NCBI GenBank assembly: GCA_019119735.1
Contig: DWWK01000094.1
Span: 22,807 to 86,806 of the forward strand
DNA: 64,000 bases
Direction of reading: 5' to 3'
Source of the DNA: Candidatus Mediterraneibacter faecigallinarum
GTDB taxonomy: Bacteria > Bacillota > Clostridia > Lachnospirales > Lachnospiraceae
A program made the position numbers and the translations under genes. Positions 45,914-53,437 of this stretch are shown here, one piece after another. The notes beneath the pieces were generated by a model. It did no database searches. It worked only from the letters and a program-made list of their open reading frames with translations, and had not been told where the DNA came from. Position 1 is the stretch's first letter, and each line of letters begins with the position of its first letter.

Positions 45914-47587
45914 CTATTCTACGGAAACAACATAATAGTAGATCGGCTGTCCGCCGGAGTGAAGGTCAACATCCGCATCCGGATACAGCTCCGCCACTGC
46001 CTCCGCAAATTTCTCAGCATCTTCTGCCAGCACATCCTGTCCGTAATACATGCTGATCAGCTCTGTATCTTCATCAACCATTGCCTCCAGCATCTCTTTT
46101 GTCGTCTCTTCCACAGACTGGCCGACTGAGAGGATACCCTGATCTCCGATTCCCATGATATCGCCTTCATGGATCGTCTTGTCGTCGATATGGGTATCAC
46201 GCACTGCATAGGTCACCTGACCTGTCTTGACGTTTTTGATCCCTTCCTCCATAGTCTCCAGGTTCGTGTCAACGTCTGCTTCCGGCATATAATTGATCAC
46301 GGCTGTGATTCCCTGAGGAACCGTTTTCGTCGGGATGACAAGGATATCCTTGTCCTTTGTCAGGGACCGCGCCTGGTTTGCCGCAAGGATGATGTTCTTA
46401 TTGTTCGGCAGGATAAAGATATGATCCGCATTCACGTTATCGATCGCTGTCAGCATATCGTCCGTGCTCGGATTCATCGTCTGTCCGCCTTCAATGATAT
46501 AGTCTACGCCGAGCTCGCGGAAGATCTCGTTCATCCCGTCTCCGATCGATACCGCAATGAATCCAACCGCCTTTCTGGGCTCTTTCTTCTTCGTCTGGGC
46601 CTTCTTCGCCGCCTGCTCCGCAGCAGCCTTCTCTGCATCCTTGATCAGCTTCTCCTGATGCTCCTCGCGCATGTTGTCGATCTTCATCCTGGAGAGCTGT
46701 CCATATGTCAGCGCCTTCTGGATCGCCAGTCCCGGATCGTTGGTATGCACATGGACTTTTACCACATCCTCGTCTGCCACACACACGATCGAATCACCGA
46801 TAGATTCCAGATACGCCTTGAAATCATTCTCATCCTTGTCCGTAAACTGCTTTTCTGTCATAATGATAAACTCTGTACAGTATCCGAACTTGATATCTGC
46901 CTCAGCCTGCTGAGACGGCTTCACCATCTTAGTGCCCGCGCTCGCCTCGATCGCTGTATAATCCACTTCTTTTCCCTGGAAGGCGTCAAACGCACCGTGG
47001 AGGACCTCAATAAGTCCCTGTCCGCCGGAATCAACCACGCCTGCCTCTTTCAGGACCGGGAGCATCTCCGGTGTCTGTGCAAGTACTTCCTCTGCATATT
47101 TGATCACTTCAGAAAGGAAAACCTCCAGATCCTCTGTTGTCTCTGCCATCTCCTGTGCTTTCTGTGAAGCACCCTTCGCAACAGTGAGGATCGTGCCTTC
47201 CTTCGGCTTCATGACCGCCTTGTATGCTGTCGCAGTCGCACGGTCACATGCCCTCGCCAGGACTGCGGCGTCGATTTCCTGATACTCGCGTATTTCCTTT
47301 GTAAATCCGCGGAGCAGCTGGGAGAGGATAACTCCGGAATTTCCTCTCGCTCCCCTGAGGGAACCGGAAGAGATTGCCTTTGCGATCGATACCATATCCG
47401 GATTCTCCAGAGCGTTGACCTCTTTCGCCGCTGACATGATAGTCAGCGTCATGTTCGTTCCCGTATCTCCATCCGGTACAGGAAATACATTCAGCTCATT
47501 AATGTATTCTTTTTTTGCTTCCAGATTTGCCGCTCCGGCAAGAAACATCTTCTGAAGCATCTCTGTATTTATCGTTTTAACAGCCAC
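45914..47587 (-). CDS. yloV: DAK2-domain protein YloV
   Basis: 557-aa ORF with the N-terminal DAK2 pattern (LNVFPVPDGDTGTNM) and conserved pairing with the Asp23 gene. Confidence 0.88.
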   Translation of the reverse strand: MAVKTINTEMLQKMFLAGAANLEAKKEYINELNVFPVPDGDTGTNMTLTIMSAAKEVNALENPDMVSIAKAISSGSLRGARGNSGVILSQLLRGFTKEIREYQEIDAAVLARACDRATATAYKAVMKPKEGTILTVAKGASQKAQEMAETTEDLEVFLSEVIKYAEEVLAQTPEMLPVLKEAGVVDSGGQGLIEVLHGAFDAFQGKEVDYTAIEASAGTKMVKPSQQAEADIKFGYCTEFIIMTEKQFTDKDENDFKAYLESIGDSIVCVADEDVVKVHVHTNDPGLAIQKALTYGQLSRMKIDNMREEHQEKLIKDAEKAAAEQAAKKAQTKKKEPRKAVGFIAVSIGDGMNEIFRELGVDYIIEGGQTMNPSTDDMLTAIDNVNADHIFILPNNKNIILAANQARSLTKDKDILVIPTKTVPQGITAVINYMPEADVDTNLETMEEGIKNVKTGQVTYAVRDTHIDDKTIHEGDIMGIGDQGILSVGQSVEETTKEMLEAMVDEDTELISMYYGQDVLAEDAEKFAEAVAELYPDADVDLHSGGQPIYYYVVSVE

Positions 47588-47600
47588 GCCAAGATCCTCC

Positions 47601-47960
47601 TTAATCTATCACTCTCACACCTTCTACGAAGATGTTTATTTTATCTACCGTCATACCGGTAAATTCTTCCACCTTATATTTGACGCTGCTCATAAGGTTG
47701 TCAGAAACAGAAAGAATATTTACCCCATATGAGACAATAACATGAAAGTTTAAGGTAAGAACATTCTCATCCGAAATCTCGACCTGGATACCATGTGTCA
47801 GACTGTCCCTCTTAAGGAGACGCACCAGTCCATCCTTCATATTGACTGCAGCCATGCCGACGATACCGAAACACTCGACCGCAACTGAGCCGGCATATTT
47901 TGCGATTACTTCTGGGTTGACAGTTATGATTCCAAGATCCGTGCTCATACTTCCCTTCAT
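47601..47960 (-). CDS. yloU: Asp23/Gls24-family protein (YloU)
   Basis: 119-aa ORF upstream of yloV and divergent from rpmB, as in many Firmicutes. Confidence 0.85.
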   Translation of the reverse strand: MKGSMSTDLGIITVNPEVIAKYAGSVAVECFGIVGMAAVNMKDGLVRLLKRDSLTHGIQVEISDENVLTLNFHVIVSYGVNILSVSDNLMSSVKYKVEEFTGMTVDKINIFVEGVRVID

Positions 47961-48010
47961 CTTATATTACCTCCAGTTCTGTAATGGATTTTCCCATAAA
48001 TAACATGCTT

Positions 48011-48039
48011 ATTATACTATTAGTTTGTAGATTTTACAA
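48011..48039 (-). promoter_or_regulatory. SigA-type promoter of yloU-yloV
   Basis: Minus strand reads TTGTAA - 17 nt - TATAAT. Confidence 0.55.
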
Positions 48040-48066
48040 TATGGATTCAGTTTTTTTAAAAAATAC

Positions 48067-48095
48067 TTGCAATAGGAAAATGTTTCTGCTAGAAT
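48067..48095 (+). promoter_or_regulatory. SigA-type promoter of rpmB
   Basis: TTGCAA - 17 nt - TAGAAT with extended -10 TGC. Confidence 0.55.
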
Positions 48096-48146
48096 AACAT
48101 TGTTATGAGTCTATATGACCAGTTCAGATGGTTAGGAGGTGCAGTC

Positions 48147-48332
48147 ATGGCTAAATGTGCTATTTGTGAAAAGGGTGCTCATTTTGGTAATAGTGTAAGC
48201 CACTCTCATAGAAAAACACCAAAAATGTGGAAGTCAAATGTGAAGTCCGTCAGAGTAAAGACAGAAGGCGGATCCAAGAAAATGTATGTTTGTACATCCT
48301 GCTTAAAATCAGGACGCGTAGAACGTGCATAA
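48147..48332 (+). CDS. rpmB: 50S ribosomal protein L28
   Basis: ORF track 48105..48332, with the start moved to ATG 48147 (MAKCAICEKG...; AGGAGG upstream). 61 aa. Confidence 0.95.
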   Translation: MAKCAICEKGAHFGNSVSHSHRKTPKMWKSNVKSVRVKTEGGSKKMYVCTSCLKSGRVERA

Positions 48333-48360
48333 CAGTTTGAAACTGCAGGAAAATGAATGA

Positions 48361-48395
48361 AGAGCCAATGCAAGCTTACTTGTAATTGGCTCTTT
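48361..48395 (+). terminator. rpmB rho-independent terminator
   Basis: AAGAGCCAAT...ATTGGCTCTT hairpin followed by TATTTATTTT. Its 3' half is part of repeat unit 1. Confidence 0.7.
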
Positions 48396-48598
48396 ATTTA
48401 TTTTCTTGTAGGGCGAACGCCCTACAGCGAGATGAAGCGCAGCGAAATCGAGCTGCAGGTTCAAACGGACGCCGCGAAAACCTTTCTTTCAAGCTTGCTT
48501 GAAATCGGCTCTTTATTTTTTTCTCTATAGGGCGGACGCCCGTGAGCGAGATGAAGCGCAGCGAAATCGAGCTGCAGGTTCAAACGGACGCTGCGAAA
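48373..48598. repeat. Two head-to-tail copies of a 108-nt non-coding element (period 118 nt)
   Basis: Unit 1 is 48373..48480 and unit 2 is 48491..48598. Hand alignment gives 95/108 identical overall and 53/54 in the distal half. Confidence 0.9.
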
Positions 48599-48604
48599 AC
48601 ATCT

Positions 48605-48742
48605 TCAGCAGCAAAACAGCCGATACCCCACCACCAGAAACAGCACTGTGAGTATCACGCCCCAAACAAGATTCGGAAGCAGCATCATGATAAACATACC
48701 GAGCGCCATCCAAAACAGTGCAAACCCCAATACTCTCTTCAT
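48605..48742 (-). CDS. Candidate 45-aa hydrophobic peptide (absent from the ORF track)
   Basis: ATG at 48742 and TGA at 48605 encode MKRVLGFALFWMALGMFIMMLLPNLVWGVILTVLFLVVGYRLFCC. Two predicted TM helices and a weak SD (GGAAG). It lies 52 nt downstream of ytfJ on the same strand. Confidence 0.4.
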   Translation of the reverse strand: MKRVLGFALFWMALGMFIMMLLPNLVWGVILTVLFLVVGYRLFCC

Positions 48743-48794
48743 TCTGTCACTTCCGAAAAATCTGTTATCTCATTATATGCATCCGACTGCAGTC

Positions 48795-49193
48795 TTATGC
48801 CTCATCATCCGAGTCAAGAATATCCATGACGTCTTTTTCTGTCATCTTCTCGTCCTTTTCCGAAAAACGGTCCATTACATCCGGTATCATATCCAGGATC
48901 TTTGTGATCGTATCCTGATTCTTGATATTGACCAGCTTCGTTCTGCCGTCCTGGATCACGATCACCGCGCTCGGTGAGATCCTTCCGCCCATGCCGCCCA
49001 TGCCTTTCTCCTTCTTCTCTGCATTGAACGATCCCGCGCCGATCCCGAAAGACACATCCACAAGAGGAAGTATGATCGTCCCATTGATATGGATCGCATC
49101 TCCCACGACTGTCTTTGACGACACAACGCTGTCCATTCCTTCAAAGAGCGCCTTCACTGTCGAATTAAAGTTGTTTCCTTCTGCCATTTCCAT
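48795..49193 (-). CDS. ytfJ: GerW/YtfJ-family sporulation protein
   Basis: 132-aa ORF with the TIILPLVDVSFGIGAGS and GMGGMGG...PSAVIVI glycine-rich pattern. Confidence 0.85.
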   Translation of the reverse strand: MEMAEGNNFNSTVKALFEGMDSVVSSKTVVGDAIHINGTIILPLVDVSFGIGAGSFNAEKKEKGMGGMGGRISPSAVIVIQDGRTKLVNIKNQDTITKILDMIPDVMDRFSEKDEKMTEKDVMDILDSDDEA

Positions 49194-49212
49194 TTCCTCC
49201 TCTTATGACATT

Positions 49213-50196
49213 CTATCGTTTCAGTTTCCGGATACGCCGGAAGGTTATCCTGACATCTTTATCCCAGACAAGATTCCAGAGCAGGATCAGAACATAGAGC
49301 ACACGGATCTTTCCCTCAGCATATATATTTCCTTTCAAGACCTTATGCTGGAAATCCGGCTCGAGATCTATATGCTCTCCTATTGCCGGATAGATCATGC
49401 TGATCCACGCCAGAAGATATCCCGTGTATGCAGGATCCTCGAAGCCGAACCGCACCTCTGCTTCCAGCTTCTTCGGGAAAAGGAATCCCAGGAATCTCCT
49501 GATTTCCCGGACTGCCCGGTGAAATGCCCTTTTATGGGTCTCGTTTGTTAAAAACGCGGTCAGCCTGTCCTTTTTCTTCATCAGTGATCTTATCTTATCA
49601 CAGGATCGGCGGAATGTATATTTTGCTCTTTCAATCCGCCCGCAGATTTTTTCATAGAGAGTCTTCTTTTGTTTCTGGGGAGCTTCTTTTTTCTCTTCCC
49701 CGCTTTTTTCTTTTGTACCGGACGTTTCCTCGGAAGATTTCTCTTCCTCGTCCGCCCGTTCCGGTACAGGAGTACTGATCTCCGGCTGTCCCTGTGCGGA
49801 AGCACTGGCTTCTGCCAGTTCCGGCGCAGGGGCATCGGCGGTCTCTGCCTGATCCGATACAGAATCGCTGTCATCAGCTTCTTCCGGCACAGAAGGAGCA
49901 TTCTCTGACTCCTGTGTTTCCTGTTCCTTCCCGCCATCTCCGATGCGTTTCCATCCGATGCGGAAGTCCCACTGCCACTCTCCGACCTCATAGCTCACTT
50001 CTCCGCGGATCAGATGCATGAGCCAGTGAAACTTCACTCTTCCGCGGATCGTGTCTGCCCACTCTTCTGCCGAGGCTTCAAACCGATAGACGACCGGATT
50101 CAAAATGAGCACCACTGCGGCCAGGATCACAAGACAGAGCACCACTGCAAGAATGATCCCTACAATTTTTAAAATCAACAGAAGTATATGTAACAT
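49213..50196 (-). CDS. ytfI: DUF2953/YtfI-like protein with a long acidic low-complexity insert
   Basis: 327-aa ORF with an N-terminal TM helix and conserved pairing upstream of ytfJ. The central ~110 aa are rich in E/S/A/P/K. Confidence 0.7.
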   Translation of the reverse strand: MLHILLLILKIVGIILAVVLCLVILAAVVLILNPVVYRFEASAEEWADTIRGRVKFHWLMHLIRGEVSYEVGEWQWDFRIGWKRIGDGGKEQETQESENAPSVPEEADDSDSVSDQAETADAPAPELAEASASAQGQPEISTPVPERADEEEKSSEETSGTKEKSGEEKKEAPQKQKKTLYEKICGRIERAKYTFRRSCDKIRSLMKKKDRLTAFLTNETHKRAFHRAVREIRRFLGFLFPKKLEAEVRFGFEDPAYTGYLLAWISMIYPAIGEHIDLEPDFQHKVLKGNIYAEGKIRVLYVLILLWNLVWDKDVRITFRRIRKLKR

Positions 50197-50546
50197 CAGT
50201 ATCTCCGCTCCGTATCATCATATTCACTCTGCCGCCTGAGGATCCACTCACGGATATCGGCGTTTCCTGTTTCTCTGTACGCCGCCTCCGTCATCTCTTC
50301 CACAAGATACAGAGCGTCCAGATATCCGTCTGCGATCCCCACAACGAAAAGTTCTGCATCATCAAATATATGCTGTTTCAGCAGCATGCCGGAGAAAAAC
50401 TCAAGCTGATTCTGTTTTCCCTGTGCCAGCGCAATGACATAGACCGCAGGCTGAATCCTGTTCTTCTGTAGTCTTTCCATTATCTTCCGCTTTTTATTCA
50501 CCCAGTTTTCACTGATATATAGATCACAGTAAAACTTCACCTGCAT
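50196..50546 (-). CDS. Hypothetical protein
   Basis: 116-aa ORF. Its stop overlaps the ytfI start (TGATG) and it lies 15 nt downstream of the PBP gene. No family recognised. Confidence 0.6.
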   Translation of the reverse strand: MQVKFYCDLYISENWVNKKRKIMERLQKNRIQPAVYVIALAQGKQNQLEFFSGMLLKQHIFDDAELFVVGIADGYLDALYLVEEMTEAAYRETGNADIREWILRRQSEYDDTERRY

Positions 50547-50561
50547 GTCCCGTCATCCCCG

Positions 50562-52067
50562 TCAATTATAATATGAATCAAGAATCTGCTTTGCGATCAC
50601 CACCGCTTTTCCGCTGGCGCTGCCGTCCGATCCTTCCGTGATCACACTGATGACCAGCTCCGGATCATCTACATTCGTAAATCCCATGAACCAGGAATGT
50701 GTTTTCTCACCATCCGAAAGGCTGTATTCCGCGGTACCAGTTTTTCCCGCGGCAGTATAGGAAGCCCCGTTCAGCACAGAGCCTGTTCCTTCTTCCACGA
50801 CAGCAGTCATGTATTCTTTCAGCTGTGCAGCCTCTGCCGTAGTCATCAGGCGCTTATAGCTCTTCGGCACATTCCGCCGGATCTCGGTTCCCGTATAGTT
50901 TGTCACGCTGTCCACAAGGTACGGCTCCATCAGAGTACCGTCATTGGCGATTGTCTGAGTGATCAGCGCCATGTGATACGGGCTCACAGTGGTCTCTCCC
51001 TGTCCCATTGCAGTCATCATGATCTCAGCCTCCGACGAATCCTCTGTCAGGGCGAACGAGCTTTTTGTATAACCAAGCACAGAAGGAAGATCCTGGTTAA
51101 ACAGCAGATCCTCAGCTGTATCGCGGTATCCCGGTATATCAAGCAGTGTACCTATATGTGCAAAGGATGCATTACATGAATTTGCGACCGACGATCTCAG
51201 ATCCTCGAATCCGTGCACTGTCCCTCCGAAGCAGTGGATCGTCGTATCCCCTGTCGTGATCTCACCGGCACAGTCATACGTATAGTTTGCATAATCAGCG
51301 TTCTGCCGCATGAAAGCAAGCGTAGTCACGATCTTAAAGGTCGATCCCGGTGCATAGGATCCCTGTGTCGCTCTGTTCAAAAGAGGACTGTTTTCTTCAT
51401 CTGTATTCAGCGTCGACCAGTCACTCACGATATAATTCGGGTCATAGTCCGGTTTGGAGACCATGGACAGGATCTTTCCCGTATCCGCTTCCATCACAAC
51501 GACAGCACCCCTGTTGTCGCCGAGCGCATCGTACGCCGCCTGCTGCAGATCAGCATCCAGCGTCGTTACCACAGTATCTCCCGTATTTTTCGAACCGCTG
51601 AACTCATTCTGAAGCTTTTCAAGGAAGAAAGCGTTGGAGGTGAGCAGCTCAAAGTTTTCTACTGACTCAAGCCCCGTACTTCCCAGATCCGGATTGCTGT
51701 ATCCGATGACATGGGCAAACGTGGAGCCGTAAGGATAGCTCCTCGTCTCAGTCCCGTCCTCAGCAATCTGTGTCGTTGCCAGCACATTGCCGTTACGGTC
51801 GACAATATTTCCCCGCACGACCCGCTCCGCAAACGCATCCTGCCTCTGATTGTACGGACTGTTCACCACGGTTCCCGCCCTGACGACAGTGAAATAGACA
51901 AGGTATGCCATAAGAGCGATAAAAAGTATCACAAAAAAATACGTAACTCTAGCGAACTCTTTGTTTTGCACGCGCTCTTTGCTTTTGGCGCGTCCTCTGT
52001 TTCGGGACTTCCTCGAATCTCGGTTTACTCTTTGCCGCGTTCTTTCTGGTCGTCTTTCCCGATTCAT
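50562..52067 (-). CDS. Class B penicillin-binding protein (PBP2/SpoVD-type transpeptidase)
   Basis: 501-aa ORF with a basic N-terminus, TM anchor, active-site STFK, and SCN and KTGT motifs. AGGGAG SD 7 nt upstream of ATG 52067. Confidence 0.9.
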   Translation of the reverse strand: MNRERRPERTRQRVNRDSRKSRNRGRAKSKERVQNKEFARVTYFFVILFIALMAYLVYFTVVRAGTVVNSPYNQRQDAFAERVVRGNIVDRNGNVLATTQIAEDGTETRSYPYGSTFAHVIGYSNPDLGSTGLESVENFELLTSNAFFLEKLQNEFSGSKNTGDTVVTTLDADLQQAAYDALGDNRGAVVVMEADTGKILSMVSKPDYDPNYIVSDWSTLNTDEENSPLLNRATQGSYAPGSTFKIVTTLAFMRQNADYANYTYDCAGEITTGDTTIHCFGGTVHGFEDLRSSVANSCNASFAHIGTLLDIPGYRDTAEDLLFNQDLPSVLGYTKSSFALTEDSSEAEIMMTAMGQGETTVSPYHMALITQTIANDGTLMEPYLVDSVTNYTGTEIRRNVPKSYKRLMTTAEAAQLKEYMTAVVEEGTGSVLNGASYTAAGKTGTAEYSLSDGEKTHSWFMGFTNVDDPELVISVITEGSDGSASGKAVVIAKQILDSYYN

Positions 52068-53424
52068 CTCTTAACTCCCTTTCTTTCTTTTTCTCTATCT
52101 TAGCCTCTTCGTCTTCCCTCAGTATATACAGCCCCTGAATGATGCCGAACATGATCATTGTGCTGAGCATGGAGCTTCCGCCATAGCTGACAAGCGGAAG
52201 AGTCAGTCCCGTCAGCGGGATAAACTTCGTCACGCCGCCGATCTGGAGGAATACCTGGAATACATAGCATGTTCCGAGTCCCAGCGCCACCAGCTTATAA
52301 AACTGATTTTTCAGCTCCATGGCAATGTTCAGGAACATAACGTAACAGCTCACGCAGATCAGGATCAGACATAGGGCAAAGATCACTCCCATCTCCTCGG
52401 TTATCGCCGAGAAGATCAGATCTGTCTCCGCTACAGGGATCGTATCAGGCTGTCCCTGGAAAAGTCCTGTGCCGAACCAGCTCCCGCTTCCGATCGCGAA
52501 CAGCGACTGCGCGATCTGATAACCGCCGTTGCTGTACGATGCAAACGGATCCTGCCATGCCTCGACCCTGACCTGTATATGGGAAAACAGCTGGTAGCCG
52601 ATCACTGCCGCGGCACAGCCCGCCGCGATCCCCGCGATGGCATACAGAGGCTGGCGTGTTGCCACATACAGCATGACAAGATATACGATAAAAAAGATCA
52701 GCGCCGCACCAAGGTCCGTGGAGATCACCAGGATGAGCACATGGGCAGCCGCGATGGCTGTGGTGACGACTACATTTTTAAATTCCGTCGATTTCTTCAG
52801 GCTCGCGGCAACAAAGAACACAAACAGGATCTTAACAAATTCCGAAGGCTGTATATTGACCGGCCCGAGATCAAAACTCAGCTTTGCGCCGCCGGACCTT
52901 CCTGCGAAAAGTGCGACTGCCAGCAGGGCCGCCCCGCCCACGCCTGCATAGACATATGTCCACTGATCCAGAAACGTCAGCTTACGGATCAATACAGGCA
53001 CGACAAGCCCGAACACGATGCCGACAATAATAAACACAAGCTGCCTCACCGAACTGCCATATGGAGTTTTGTTATCCGACGACAGCCTCGTGATCATGAT
53101 CATTCCCGCTGTGATCAGCATGCACATGTTGTTCACGACAAGCCTGGACACATTCGGATAGATCAGATTGTACAGAAGGATCACCGCCAGCAGGACGACC
53201 GCCAGCGCCGCATAAATAAACAGGACCCTGATGTCATCCGTTGCCAGATACATCGCTGCAAAAGCCGTAAGCTGCAGCAGGAACATCAGCACATCCTGCA
53301 CGATCAGCGTCCTTTTCTCCTCATCCTCGTATCTCTGCGTAAAGATCGAGAAACAGGAAAATGTATATGCCGCCATAAGGATAATGATTAGGTATTTAGA
53401 TATCTGAATTATTATGTTGACCAC
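51949..53424 (-). CDS. FtsW/RodA/SpoVE (SEDS) family protein with N- and C-terminal extensions
   Basis: 491-aa polytopic ORF with a SEDS core (PSEFVKI...TDLGAALIF...GLTLPLVSYGGSS) and a ~55-aa basic tail that overlaps the PBP gene. Confidence 0.9.
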   Translation of the reverse strand: MVNIIIQISKYLIIILMAAYTFSCFSIFTQRYEDEEKRTLIVQDVLMFLLQLTAFAAMYLATDDIRVLFIYAALAVVLLAVILLYNLIYPNVSRLVVNNMCMLITAGMIMITRLSSDNKTPYGSSVRQLVFIIVGIVFGLVVPVLIRKLTFLDQWTYVYAGVGGAALLAVALFAGRSGGAKLSFDLGPVNIQPSEFVKILFVFFVAASLKKSTEFKNVVVTTAIAAAHVLILVISTDLGAALIFFIVYLVMLYVATRQPLYAIAGIAAGCAAAVIGYQLFSHIQVRVEAWQDPFASYSNGGYQIAQSLFAIGSGSWFGTGLFQGQPDTIPVAETDLIFSAITEEMGVIFALCLILICVSCYVMFLNIAMELKNQFYKLVALGLGTCYVFQVFLQIGGVTKFIPLTGLTLPLVSYGGSSMLSTMIMFGIIQGLYILREDEEAKIEKKKERELRDESGKTTRKNAAKSKPRFEEVPKQRTRQKQRARAKQRVR

Positions 53425-53437
53425 TTTTTCACCTGCT

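Noticed and set aside
48373-48598. The tandem repeat as a CRISPR array, or as coding sequence (ORFs 48542..48829 + and 48525..48713 -).
   Set aside because: There are only two units of 108 nt with a 10-nt spacer, and no cas genes. The ORFs spanning it have no SD, differ between the two copies right after the repeat, and one runs antisense through the better-supported 45-codon membrane ORF.
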